64,000 bases of DNA from Trichoplax adhaerens (lineage: Eukaryota; Animalia; Placozoa): the NCBI RefSeq assembly GCF_000150275.1, contig NW_002060946.1, forward strand, positions 4,111,454-4,175,453, in the 5' to 3' direction. Positions 12,238-28,791 of the stretch are shown here, one piece after another. Each line of letters begins with the position of its first letter. Positions within the stretch are counted from its first letter, which is position 1. Made by a program: the position numbers and the translations under genes. The notes beneath the pieces are model-generated. The model was not told the DNA's origin. It saw only the letters and a list, made by a program, of their open reading frames with translations, and searched no databases.

Positions 12238-15200
12238 TATTAGTTCCTTGTAGAATTTAAAGAGTTATTATTATTAGGCTTATTGCAATACTGTACTTTA
12301 ACTTGTAATTAGTTACGATAACTTCTTATCTTGAATAATTTTCTTGCTATAGTGATTTCTTCTTCTGTTAGATTATTTCATGATTCAAATTTAAATAGCG
12401 TCATACCGTTATAAAATAACCAATTTTTACTGACAATAGTCAAACCTAAAAGTGTACAATTTTGTTAAATGTAAGAGATATAACCAGTACTAATGAAAAG
12501 ACAAGTATACTCTTGACTACTTTTATATTGTCACCAATCGAAAGAAAATACAAGAAAGCAACATACGGTTTTGTAAAGCTAATCAACGCCTAATACTAGT
12601 GGTAGACTAAAATGATAATATAACTTATAAATTAGCTGTGCTAAAGCTTTATTCTTGGAACATACTGTATTGACTTTGCAATCAATTAAATATAGAAATT
12701 ATGCAATGTCAACAATTAATTGGTATTGCTATTGAATAGTAAGGTATTGAATTGGACAAAGTGCCATATTGTTACTGAGATAACGGTGTCTATAGGCAGA
12801 TTGTAGTCCTCAGTAGCTGACTAATGCAATTTAGCTATGCTGGTCAATGATACTACTAATTTATTCTTTTCTAATCACTTGGACAAATAAGAGGACATTT
12901 GCTATATTATGCTAACTTGAACTAATTACATTAGATGTTCGATATTAGACATACTACTAACTACTAATATCATCTTGTCTAAGTTCTAACCATTAACTTA
13001 GCGGTAATACAAAATAAAATAAAGAACTTATAATATCAGATCTCAACAAAATGTCCGACAATCTATAGTAACGTTTCATGTTAACTAGAATTGCATACTT
13101 TAACTAGAAGATACCGTTACTACATCAAAATCGATTACATAAACACGAAATTATCTTTTCAAAGATAATTTGAGTTACCATTTATAGTTTACGATATTTG
13201 TATAAAATTTATGCATTAGTGTAGCAACTATAGTACTATTAATCATTAGTCATAGTTTGCAAGTTGCAAGACATATTTTCATACTTAAATGGTTATCTGA
13301 TATCAAGCTGTTAACCTTAATACTAAAGGTGACTTTAAATAGATGTAGAAATGTCTATAGTATGATTAATACTCCACGTTGCAAGTCTATAGGGTACCGT
13401 ATATGCGTATCCTACTGTTTAATCATAACATTAGCGGAAATTTAGACAATCTGTATTGTTATAGAGCTTAAGCAGTTAACTTAATATTAAAACAATAATT
13501 CTAACATATTACTCTTCGACATATTCGTTAAGATCTATTAAGATTTCTTATCCTTCCAATTTTAGATATTGCTACGGATTGCTATTAATTATAATTCAAA
13601 GTACGTTTTTCCCTGTTGCAGACAGCGTCAAGCCGTTAACTATATATTTTCTTTAAAAAGTTATATTGGCCTATTTTATGACATAGAAACAGTTTAATGA
13701 CAATTAATTCTTCGCTCCAGTTAATATTAAATGTAGTAATGTGATTAATGAATAAATTTTTCGCCACTTATGATTTCGATGATCACGGTAATAATATGTT
13801 AAGTTAAAATTTGAACATATGTACACATAGAATTCTTTAAATGATCGATTTTAAGTCTTCTTTTATGCATAAATTGAACATAGCTAATAAACTTTAATTT
13901 AAATCTCTACTTGATAGCTAATGATACGATTACAGATGTAGTGGACTTCTTTTCAGTTCTATGCCACGGTTACATCTTTGTTTTGCCGATGATTTTGAAA
14001 TACATAACGTCTTTACACATAGGATTTTGTCGATTTATTGGTAATTTCAATATAAAGGATACAAGTGAGTTTCTTAGACAACAATAATAAATACCACCAA
14101 GTCCTTGAAGAAGTATCAGTGTGATGTATAGTAGACGATGGTATAGCATGATGTAAAAAAGCTTAATTCACAAAAATTGAAACATTCGTACTCGTAAGTG
14201 GCCACCTATAACGTACGAATATGGTAATGTAGGATACTTATCCTCACACAAACACCAACAGTGTTTTATTTGGATATTAATCGTTGATATTTAATTATAA
14301 GAAATTTACCAGCTGATGTAGTCATAATAAGAGAATTTACGGTAGTACAGTACAGTACTGTTTGCTATCCCGTATAGCGCATTAAGACGTATAATGTTTT
14401 TGTGAACTTCTTCGAAACTCGTGTAGTATAGTAAATACGCGTGTGTACTATTTATGCGTATATCCCTATAATATCAGCTCCAACCGATGATATTACAAAT
14501 TGCTTAAGTTATTGTACTGTATATTGGTTATCAACAATGACATGCAAACTTATTCTTAATGGTTTTATTGCTAGTCTGAAGATTATAACAAATACGTACA
14601 TTTTAAATAATTCTACAGTATGTTAATTCAGTGAATTAATTACAAAACAAAAAAACAAATTTCTAAAGAATGTATCTGCAAATGATTACGAGAAATAATT
14701 AATATCATTATTTTGTGAGAGAGTAAGGAATAAAATATGATATTAATAGATTTTTGCATAGATCTAAGGTGATCTACAGCACTTTTTATTCACTAAATTG
14801 TATATATCAGTTCTAAGTTACAATAGCACCGTAGATATAACATACGCAATTATTTGTAGTTACTAAACATTCGTGGTATAGAGAAAAGGGAAGCCTTATC
14901 GATAACAAAATGTATGAGTAGATAGTAAAATATCGATACAATGGTATCCAAGTACGATGTCGCTATAAAGTCATCATAGACTTAGGCATGGTCAGTATAT
15001 GTCAATACGCAGTACAGAGTAAGCCTTCTATTAAACAGATGTCAAATAACATTTTCTTAATATAGGTCATCAGTAAAATGAAATGTTCAACATTACATAC
15101 TTTACAGTAAATTGGAGTGTAGCATGTAAGTGCAGAATTCTTAAATTGACAGTTAGTTTGTCCATCGGCATTTACAATCTGTGTTCTAAGGAACTTGTAT

Positions 15201-15266
15201 GCCATATAAAATATTGTAATACTGTTTTATTGCAGAGAACGAAAGGGCTTACAGATCCGCTACATC

Positions 15267-18795
<3,529 letters not shown>

Positions 18796-19298
18796 TTTGT
18801 TGACGGCGTCCTTCGCGATTCCGCTTTGAAAATAGTCTTGAAGGAGTACTGGCAAGAACGATCTGAACTTGATGGAGGCTAATGGCAATGGAGAGAGTTG
18901 AAATGGCTAAAATAGACAACCATTGAAGACAATTGTTCAATTCTTCCCGCTTATGGAGTTGGTCTGGCAATGACGACGATCAACGAAAGTCCAGTATAGT
19001 CGTTGGCGGTTAATGTGCCTACAAGTAGACTCAGTACTGGCTATGGTATCGAAGAGTCTGTAGTCAAAATGAAGCCACGACGCGTTTGGATGTACAGTAC
19101 GCTACGCTAGGAGGATTCGACTGCATGGAGGGATACAGTCGAGTTTTGTCGGCCTTCTCCCTAGACGGACTATCATACAAAATCCTACAGTGTATCGCCG
19201 TGATTGAGTACACTCACTCTCTTCAACTCCAATCGATTGAAGTCAATTGAACCATGCTCGTCACCCGTAACCGTGGTCACCAATCGCTCACAAAGCTT

Positions 19299-19540
19299 AT
19301 TGGAGTACAGTACAGTAGAAAACGCTGTACTGTACAGTACTGTAGATTGGAGTAGAAAACGCTGTACTGTACAGTATGTACTGTACATTGTAGATTGGAG
19401 TACTGTAGAAAACGCTGTACAGTACTGTACTGTACAGTGTACAGTACTGTACAGTATGTAGATTGGAGTAGAAAACACTGTACTCTACAGTATGTAGATT
19501 GGAGTAGAAAACGCTGTACTGTATGGACATTGGAGTAGAA
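19299..19540. repeat. Degenerate minisatellite (GATTGGAGTAGAAAACGCTGTACTGTACAGT-like units) between the divergent CK2 alpha and PM20D2 genes
   Basis: ATTGGAG at 19299, 19346, 19394, 19462, 19498 and 19529, mostly followed by AGAAAAC(G/A)CTGTAC, interleaved with ACAGT/ACTGT pentamers. Confidence 0.9.
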
Positions 19541-20429
19541 AGGAGCTTTTCTGCCATTTTGCCTACAGCCAAGCGCAACTCTTTACCTCTACCATGGCTG
19601 TATTCTACACTGGACTGTACTATCGTGCATGCAGTAAGCATCAAATGCAGCCACGATAGTAGAGTCATAGATGAAAGTAGTTGTACGCTTTTACTGTACT
19701 GTACTATGAAGTCGAATCGAGACAAGAAGGAATAGTTTTCTCCCAGTCGACGACTCCATCATTTTGTTTCATACTGTACAATTTACAGTACTACTGTTAA
19801 CTCATTTTACTCTACTGCTATACAGTACTGTACAGTACAGTTGCTAGACTTTCTTAAATCAACTGTACAGTTTATAGGCACAAATAGGATCGTGATAGAC
19901 ACGGTGTTAGCCAAGACAATAATAAATAAACTATGGGGAAAAAAAAAAAACCTAGCCAAACACTTCATAAAGTATTAGTCGTCCTGTGCACTCTACAGGA
20001 CAGTAGTTATCATTACTGATAGAAGCCATATCTCGTCCTTTTCTCTGCTCCATTCGTTCATCGTACTGCAAATGTACCATAGTCTGTCTGTCTGAGATTT
20101 GAGCCAAATTTCTCTCTTTACGTCTCTCTATACAATACTGTACTGTACTAAATGAAAGTACACCTGATCACCTGATACAGCTCTGAGTGATACAGTATTA
20201 TAGTCTGTATTGTATGGCGTAGTCGGTATTGGCATGGGTTTTTTTCATCTCGCTAGTGTATTGCTACTTCGACAGATGCAACATAGCGCTAGAAGTCCTT
20301 AGAAGTTTCTGATAACTCGTGACAAGTCCGTAGGCCAGGCTAGTGTTAATTAATCCCTAATATTATTATTATTACTTTATGATTCCTGCTCGATTTTTAC
20401 CAGCAGCAGAATACTCATACTCATTTTTG

Positions 20430-20615
20430 ACAGTACTGTACAGTGTACAGTGAACAGTCTACAGTACCGGACAGCGGATTACAACTGTACACTGTAGACC
20501 CTGTCAGTTGTACAGTATGAAAAGTCCTTTAATAGAATCCCTTATTAAACAGTATACTGTACTGTACTACAGTATACTGTACTGTACTGCACTGTACCGT
20601 ACTGTACTGCACTGT
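20430..20615. repeat. ACAGT/ACTGT pentamer array immediately upstream of PM20D2
   Basis: Examples are CAGTACTGTACAGTGTACAG and TATACTGTACTGTACTACAGTATACTGTACTGTACTGCACTGTACCGTACTGTACTGCACTG. Confidence 0.85.
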
Positions 20616-20678
20616 TTACTCCTTCTTAACGTAAGGGCAGTGATCGCTAATCGTTGCAAAATATCTTTCAAAGCTGAA

Positions 20679-21890
20679 ATGGCCGACGTAGAAAAGCTTC
20701 GAGAGTTAGCTACCGCTAATATTGACAAACATGCCGATGATTTATACTCTATCAATCAACAAATACATGCTAAACCTGAAATTGCACATCAGGAAGTTTT
20801 TGCTCATCAACTTTTAACCTCATTTTTAGCAAAACAAGGCTTCCAAGTGGAACAACATTACGCCTTGGAAACCGCTTTTAAGGCGACGTTACGATGTGGC
20901 AAAGGTCCTAATGTCGCTGTCCTCTGCGAATACGATGCACTGCCTAAAATTGGCCATGGATGCGGTCACAATTTGATTGCTGAAGCTGGTATCGGCGCTG
21001 CAATAGGCATTCAGGCCGCTATGAAAGCGATCGATGAGGGTCGTGACTTTGGTACGCTAACTGTTTACGGTACACCTGCTGAAGAAGGCCTCGGTGGCAA
21101 AATAGCCATGATTAAACATGGTTGTTTCAATGGTGTTGATTTTGCTATGATGGTTCATGGGAGCTCCTTTGACGCTGGTATCTCCAATTTAGCATCTATG
21201 CTCGATATAGGTATAACTTATCATGGCAGAAATGCCCATGCTGCATTGTGCCCATGGGATGGGATCAATGCTGTCGATGCTGCTGTTTATTGTTATAATT
21301 CTATCTCAGCCATGAGACAACATTTTAAGCCTACATGGCGTGTCCATGGCATCATCACCGATGGAGGTAAATTACCTAGTATTATACCTGATCAATCACA
21401 AATGCAATTCTATCTTAGAGCATTGTCTGAAAAAGATCTTCACATTTTGCTAGCCAAATGTGAAAGTTGCTTTCGTGGCGCTGCAACCGCTACAGGATGT
21501 ACTGTCGATATCCAATATCGAAAAGTTCATAATGATCACTATATTTGTATGCTAAATAATCTCTCCATGGCAAACCGATATGAACAACATGCATCTCGTC
21601 TGGGTGTTCAATTTCCCAGTTATGCTCAGCAACTAACATTACCTGCCGGATCGTCAGACATGGGTAATATTTCACAATTGATACCATCAATACATCCTTT
21701 TTTCGATATTGGTACTAAGGTTCCCAAGCATAGTAGTGCATTTACTGAAGCTTCTGCTACTGCTATTGCTCACGAAAAGACGTTAATTGCCGCAAAATCG
21801 ATGGCACTAGTTGCCATTGATATCTTTACGGATCCTCAATTTCGCCAGCAAATTATACAAGAATTCAATGATGCTAAAGTTGATTCTTAA
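20679..21890 (+). CDS. PM20D2: Peptidase M20 domain-containing protein 2 (ACY1L2/Xaa-Arg dipeptidase family), single exon, 403 aa
   Basis: IHAKPEIAHQE, LCEYDALPKIGHGCGHNLIAE, GTPAEEGLGGKI, YHGRNAHAALCPWDGINAVDAAV, GSSDMGNIS, PSIHP. The likely start is ATG at 20679 (MADVEK); the 5' extension of the ORF-track frame is pentamer repeat. Confidence 0.92.
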   Translation: MADVEKLRELATANIDKHADDLYSINQQIHAKPEIAHQEVFAHQLLTSFLAKQGFQVEQHYALETAFKATLRCGKGPNVAVLCEYDALPKIGHGCGHNLIAEAGIGAAIGIQAAMKAIDEGRDFGTLTVYGTPAEEGLGGKIAMIKHGCFNGVDFAMMVHGSSFDAGISNLASMLDIGITYHGRNAHAALCPWDGINAVDAAVYCYNSISAMRQHFKPTWRVHGIITDGGKLPSIIPDQSQMQFYLRALSEKDLHILLAKCESCFRGAATATGCTVDIQYRKVHNDHYICMLNNLSMANRYEQHASRLGVQFPSYAQQLTLPAGSSDMGNISQLIPSIHPFFDIGTKVPKHSSAFTEASATAIAHEKTLIAAKSMALVAIDIFTDPQFRQQIIQEFNDAKVDS

Positions 21891-23509
21891 AAATAGAAAT
21901 GCGCTAATATTATTAACATGACCATAACTATTTTTATATGGACTGAAATGTAATCAATGTACAGTACAGCATAATCGTATCATCGTTAATTTATCAAGCA
22001 CTTTTGTTGATCTTCCATGTTATGGCAACAAAAGAAATTTAGAATAGAAAGAATCAAGTTTACTATGTTATCAGTATAAAATCCAAGCAGTGAGCAGTTG
22101 AACACGTTAAAAAGATTTTACTCATTCTCATCAGGAGAACTTATGGTCATGATTGATCATTTTAAGTGCCTGAACTGATGCTATAAGAATTTTGCCGCAA
22201 GAATTATACCTCATTTGTTAATTAATTTATATCATATTACCAACACATTGTCTGAAATGGGATTGTTCATAAACAGTTGCAACTAAATTGTTATTATTAT
22301 GGTATTGATATATTTTATACATATATTATAGTGATGTATTAATAATAACTGGTTATACTCCTAATTGAGTTAAAAATACTAGACTATCGGCCTTCCGTAT
22401 AGACAGATGCCCTAACATTTCTTGAACGGCTGAAGCTATAAAATAAAAACATAAGGATGAAATAAAATTGAAAATAAATATATAAAAGTACAGTATAAAT
22501 GCAATATTGGGTTTTGCTCAACTGTTTCATAGTAAAGAGTATGCTGTACGCAATCGTACTACGGTACTTACTCAACTACTACATCATAATAAGAGCGAAA
22601 GTTTGTATAGCCTACGCTATTTTAATGTGTAAAATTTTGCTTTAAAATTAAGTTTATTAGCCGGGTCGGCACACATGGCTGTGCGCAGTGTACTGTACCC
22701 TTTACATTTATGTATTTATTATTGATGTAGTAGCTCATCCTGCGCACTTCATCAGTTTCATCACAATTATTCACTTTAACTATAGTCATTATTATAAGAC
22801 ACCATTAGATTTATCTATGACTATATAGAAATTATGATTGTACAACTTTGCATAGTTTTATCATTTGATAAACTACTCATAGATGATATTGTTAGCATAC
22901 GCTATATGATAAAGACTTATAATTTTATGGTTGATTCAATGCAATATTACAACAGAGATGCTCTTAACAATAAGCTAACACGATACAAAAAGTATGCAGT
23001 ACTTTTTGCATCTATAGTTTAATATGATTACATCTTAATCGGTCTATATTGATGTAAAATTTTAATGCAGCGACTAGATTATAAATTCCCGTAAAAGTTT
23101 TACACTAGTTTTTGTGAGGATTAATTAGTTCATTATCACACTCTTGAACCTTGAAATCATGTGCAATACTATGGTACTAGGATCAACGCTTAACAAACAC
23201 AATAAAACCGAAACAACCATATACTTGAAAATGAACACCTTTATTTGACTGCCGCTATGATAATTAATTGATAAGATAGTGCAAATTTTGTATTGTTACA
23301 ATTATTAATTAGAGTAAAGGGTATTACTATCTATATATTATTATCATTTCAGATATCGGCTTTTCAATAAAGTTTTATTTCTATAGATAGCCAATGCCAG
23401 GTTAAAACATAGACCAGCCCTGGCATACAAGCATCGCATTACATTCAGATAGGACATAAACTGGATTTATTGACGAAATTAGAATTATACTGAGTTCTAA
23501 TATTTATAT

Positions 23510-26500
23510 TTATGCAGCATTTGCCAAGTAGTAATCGTGGACGTACATCAGTATAGCAATGGGTTGCCCAAGAATTAACGAAAGCCATACAGCAACGTTA
23601 CCATAATTACCACTGAGGAATCGCGAGATAACTGAAGCTAAAGGAATCTATAATTCAAATTAAGATTTTAGCTGACTAACAATGAACGTTCTCAATTATA
23701 TAAATACCGAAAAGTATTGATTTCTGTAATACCTGTGCAACCATACCAATGAATGACCACAATCTGAACATTCTTAACGGTACACTTACCAGGTACTATT
23801 AATATGGTGACGAATGATACAAATTAGACCAATAGATAGTATCGCTTTAATAATTCAATATCACCACTAAAGAGATATACTAACTTCGTGAAAAAATGCT
23901 GATATCAAGAAAACCACTGTTGAAGCTTGTGAATTACGAAAACCAGCCTTTAGCATTGGCTTGTAAACGTGCCTATATAAATCAAAAACATTGCTTTACT
24001 TAATATTATTAATTGATACTATAACAGTAGCAGATTGATTGACTATTACAATAACAAATGCCAAAAAGTTGAAACAACAATCCTTAGGTAAACTCATAAT
24101 TAGCGTTTACCTAGTTGCCCAACGATGGACTGGAATATTCCAAGTTCGCCAAAAATATGGAATAGTTTCAGCATTCCTTCAAAGTATGCAATAAAGTCAG
24201 ATGTACTTATGACAGCTCTTTATTTATGATTGTATATTCTAATAAGTTTACAAAGTTAATCCGTAATGTATTTTACTCTATAGATAAGACTTGAGCGGTC
24301 TCTTTAAAAGCACTATTTAATCAAATAACTACTTGTATAGAGTTAAAGGTAGATTGCTAAATATTTAACTAACCACCAATCTAGATAAAATTGTCTATCA
24401 CCAAAATACGTAATTTCTCCTAGAATATTTAGGTAGGAATGAAAGTAACAGTAGAAGAATAGCAGCCAAATGAAATGATTTGGGATCTATCAAGAAAATG
24501 AATAGATAAGTATCACGTAAATTAACTATTACAGCACTCAACCCAAAGTCAACAATTATAATGAACTTACTGCCAATTTTAACATTCTTTCAATCATACG
24601 ATAATAGTCCATTTCCTATTATTAAAAAATGCAATAATCTATTCATTAGCAAGAAGAATCTCGATCGTATCTTAGAATAAAATATTCAGATTCATACATC
24701 AAAGGGCTGCATTGAGTTCACGACTGCAGGGATCATCCACTGTTGGATTAACCCCATTATAAGTTGTAACAATAAAACCTACAAAAACATTTTAATGGTC
24801 AGTATTAAAAGTAGGGAATAATTTTGATTAATTAGTTTTAATTATTATAAATAGCAAAAGACGTTTATATTTACTAGTTCCACTATCCTACGAAGTAGAA
24901 AATTCTTTCTTATGTAAGGTGTTTTAGGGAAATTAAGTTCATAGCAAAGAGTCGGAACAAACATGAAATAGTATAAATCTACAAACAGATGCGTTAATGA
25001 AATGAAATTAAGATTAGAAATTTTATCAATGCTTTGCTATCTTTTGATTCTATGAACAAGAGCCCAAATATAACTTAAAAAGATCGTAATGGTATTTATA
25101 TACCTTTTAAGGTCAGATTATTCGGGTATTGAACTAAATCTTTGGGATGAACGTCTTTGACAGCTTTAAGAACTAATAAAAATATATATCAATATAATTA
25201 TGAACCTTTACAATTACTCTACATAATACGAATAATAGCAATAGTAAAGCTTAACTAGCAAATAATATAGTCAATAGTTAGCTTTGACGTAGTTAGGAAT
25301 TAATTAAACTAACTCTGCACATCAGGTGTTTTCTGTTTCTTGGACATTTTATCTTTACGACACCATCTATTGACATCTTTATAGGAGATTAGCTTAATAA
25401 ATGCCATGCTATACGTAGAGCAAGCAAGCGATGACCAAACTAGAGGATACAGTGATTTTATAAATTAATATTTCGTGAAAGAAGGTAATGCAAAAAAAGA
25501 TATCATTTTAATTATATCATTTCAACAAGATGATATGTTATTGGTTTCTAATAATTGATAATCGCTACATTGATATAGTTTCTTAACTTCTTAAACACTT
25601 TTTTGGTTAATTATAATTATTAAAACATACTAGGCGTAGGTTGATAAACAAATACGTAGACCAATGGAATAATTAAAATAAAAAAGCTGTTGATAAAGTG
25701 TAGAGCAGAGCCAAGTGATTCCTGTATATATGACTAAGGGATAAATAAGACCGATTACAATAATTGAAATAAAGAATTAGCTATTACAGTGAGCGAATTC
25801 TAGGTCTCCATATGTAGAAAAAGATGCGTTTAAAATTTAGTTTAAGAGAATTTAGATTGCATCCTTTACCTTAGAAAGGGCTAATTCTGTGATATATGCC
25901 GTCAGAATCATGACATTACTAACTGTAAATAGAGAATATAAAATATACGATGACCATAAATGCTTTAAACATATATCATAATTATTATAATATGTTAGCG
26001 ATTACATTGATTAATATTAGTACAATAGCAGTTTCATGGTAAATTAGGGTTGATTTTGTTAATTTTGTGACCACTGTACAATGAATAAGCAATTACTATA
26101 ATTATAAAGAGTCGGTCTATCATTTTACTAACAGCTAATCAAAGCCAGTGCTCGTACGTTGTGAGGATCTCGAATTAGATATTCTAACCATTGTGTTGGG
26201 TCCACAAGAACTCCATATCTAATAAGCAGTTGAAGTGATACCGCATTTTCATCGTTAGCAAGAGTAAAGATTAAAGGCTAAATATCTTGTATATCTATTT
26301 CATCCAATCGTATTAAATAATCCCTTTATCACTACAGTGTATACAGCATAAGTAGTATTCGTGAATGGTGAACAGCACACTTGAATTATGTACACATAAC
26401 ATAATCAATAGTCTGCCTATGACAAACGATGCTACGCATACGCAGTCATTGTATTTTTATAGATATCTACTGTATACTTACTTTAATAAGTTATCCAGAG

Positions 26501-28570
26501 CTACCCTCATATTTGATAATATCTGGAACAGTTAGATGACAAATATTAAGGAAATATCATCCATTTATTATCCACGTATTTTTGAATTCATTAAGACATA
26601 GACAGTTTATTACTGAGGCTTGTTATCAATTATCATCAATAAAGAAGAAATCGAATATTACCGCGGTTGTAGCGCATACGAGTATATACGCGTATATTAC
26701 GGTTTGGATAAATCTCATGTCATATTTTATTATACTATGCTAATATATTTAATTCAAATTTTAGCTGAAACTGATGGTATTTTGATTTCTGTCTATGATT
26801 ATACAATGAACAATGTAGATGTTCATCAATACTAGACGATAGCGCTAAGACCGACTCACCAGGAGAACGATGGCTAAATTAATAATTCCACGATAATTCT
26901 GAAAGCCAGAGCCAGTATGAAGATAAGAATCTTGCATAATATGACACCTACAATAAAAATGATAAATATTAATTCAGTAAGGGTAAAATTTAAAATTAAT
27001 GGCAATAAATTTACGAATTATTCTACTCTAAGAACACGTAGACTGATCCATTACTGGTTTCTGCTGCATCATGTCAAGTTAATAAAATTAGCTTTGATGC
27101 CTAGGGTATTAACGCAATTTCTAATACACGATAATCTTAGGTAAGATTTCAGCAAGATCCAGCAGTACAGATGATCGTATTTGTCTAATCCTTGTTGTAA
27201 CGAGGTGAATAAAGTAAGAGGTCAAAATGTGCAATTTGCATCCTGGTCAGTATACTCGTAGTGCACTGTACGTATGTGATACGCATAAGGCCAGTGAGGC
27301 CTAGAGTAGCAGTCATGTTTTTGTAGATCTGTAAAAATTGATATTATTTTATTTCATTGACGCTCATAATCTTTCTATTTTTTGCTTTTAGACGCGTAGT
27401 TATGCAGTACCGTAATACATAAATATTAATCATTAGTTCTCGTACCCTTAAGGGAAGGGGTACTTTATGTGATTCATATTAAATAATACATTAAACGTCA
27501 ATAACACACTAATCATAACATTAGAAGCAAAATTGATTCGATTCGGTGCATTTTGGATAACTGTAGATGGCACAAGTTGAGTTACCTGTCAGTGCCTTGA
27601 TGCTTGTTCGTCATCAGTCTATTACAATTACAATCGTGATTTTCTTGATCTATTTTAACTATTTCAACTCGTACAGAGTACTACAGTTACGATAGTGGGC
27701 ATCCTTCCTTAAAAGGATTACTGGATATTGCAACCACTTCATATAGTATAGAACACCGCAGGTACTATTTTGGATATCCTTTTATTAAGCAAAGAATGTG
27801 GCACGTCTTGCACGGTATAAATAACATGACCTTTTGCTGCGTTACATTGTCAATACTCCGTCTCTAATTGCAAGGTTGTATTGTGCATTCTGTGCTTACT
27901 TTCAATGGTTCTATCCATGATTTACGAGCTCAGCTACGATATTTTATAAGAGGAAGATGATGGTTGAGCCATTAGGCTTGAATCTTGCTCAATTTGGCTA
28001 TGATGACGTCGTCGTTGTCAGTAAATCGTTCTAAATCAATTGTTTATTCTATTTCAGCATCTTGAGCTGATGGATGATTCATTACCCTACAGTACCGTAC
28101 TCGTTTGATCGCCAAGGGAATAATTATAGAATGATTGAGAGAAAGAAAGATCATTTCTCAATGCGTCGAATTGGTTGAATCGACATCATCAGTAGAGCGC
28201 ATAAGCAATTTGCACCTTTCATGGCTGCAATAGGCGTACAATAACACATGTAAGAAAGACATCCGAGATGTACATTCTTTAGCTACTCTATCACTATAAC
28301 GACAACTACTGTCTGTATAATCCTTTTCTTATTGTTGTCATTATTCTTGATCGATGGAATATTAAGCAATCCTTCTCCAGTCATGTACGCAAATGAAATG
28401 ATACAATTATAATTCACTTACGGTTTATCGGATAGCTTTGATTTTTTCAGTAGTAATTGATCATCAGCTTTCTTTTGTAGCAGTACATCGTCTGATCCTA
28501 ATCCAGCGATCGATTTCCGATGGCGTAGAGTTGTATTATCATTGCTATCATTAGTCTTGTCAGAAGACAT
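23510..28570 (-). CDS. DGAT1: Diacylglycerol O-acyltransferase 1 (MBOAT family), 16 coding exons
   Basis: [19 protein letters not shown]; [21 protein letters not shown]; [26 protein letters not shown]; [12 protein letters not shown]; WNIPVHRW; [19 protein letters not shown]; [28 protein letters not shown]. Stop TAA at 23510-23512. The start at 28570 is less certain. Confidence 0.95.
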
Positions 28571-28740
28571 TATTGATTCATCAGTCTGTATTGGAACAGG
28601 GATATCAAGCCAAATAGGGAAAAATGGATAAATAGTTTACAGTTAATAAATGATCGTTAATGACTAGTTGATTGATTGCTGGTATTGCAAAATTATCCAA
28701 ATCAACAATGATGAAATGGCTTAATTTTCCATCGGGATTT

Positions 28741-28791
28741 GACTACTGAGTAGTGACCCCCGGCCAGGGTGAAGGGGTCACGTCGGTAGTC
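28741..28791. promoter_or_regulatory. GC-rich stem-loop about 170 nt upstream of the DGAT1 ATG
   Basis: GACTACTGA-GTA-GTGACCCC, a 13-nt loop, then GGGGTCAC-G-TCGGTAGTC, giving 9-bp and 8-bp stems. The function is inferred only. Confidence 0.45.

Noticed and set aside
18796-18888. Upstream in-frame extension of CK2 alpha exon 1
   Set aside because: It has a non-ATG start, and conservation begins at MPISRARVY (18795).
19299-19540. CRISPR-like repeat-spacer appearance
   Set aside because: The context is eukaryotic with no cas genes, and the spacers are themselves pentamer repeats of variable length.
19185-19735. Overlapping ORFs of 70-142 aa rich in Y/S/T/V/Q/C
   Set aside because: They are translation artefacts of the ACAGT pentamer and minisatellite array.
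20508-20678. 57-aa N-terminal extension of the PM20D2 ORF
   Set aside because: It has a TTG start and is largely pentamer repeat; family homology begins after ATG 20679.
28000-28072. ATGATGA...CTGA box C/D snoRNA-like pattern in DGAT1 intron 1
   Set aside because: It is antisense to the host gene, has a weak terminal stem and no recognisable rRNA guide; such motifs are frequent by chance in AT-rich DNA.
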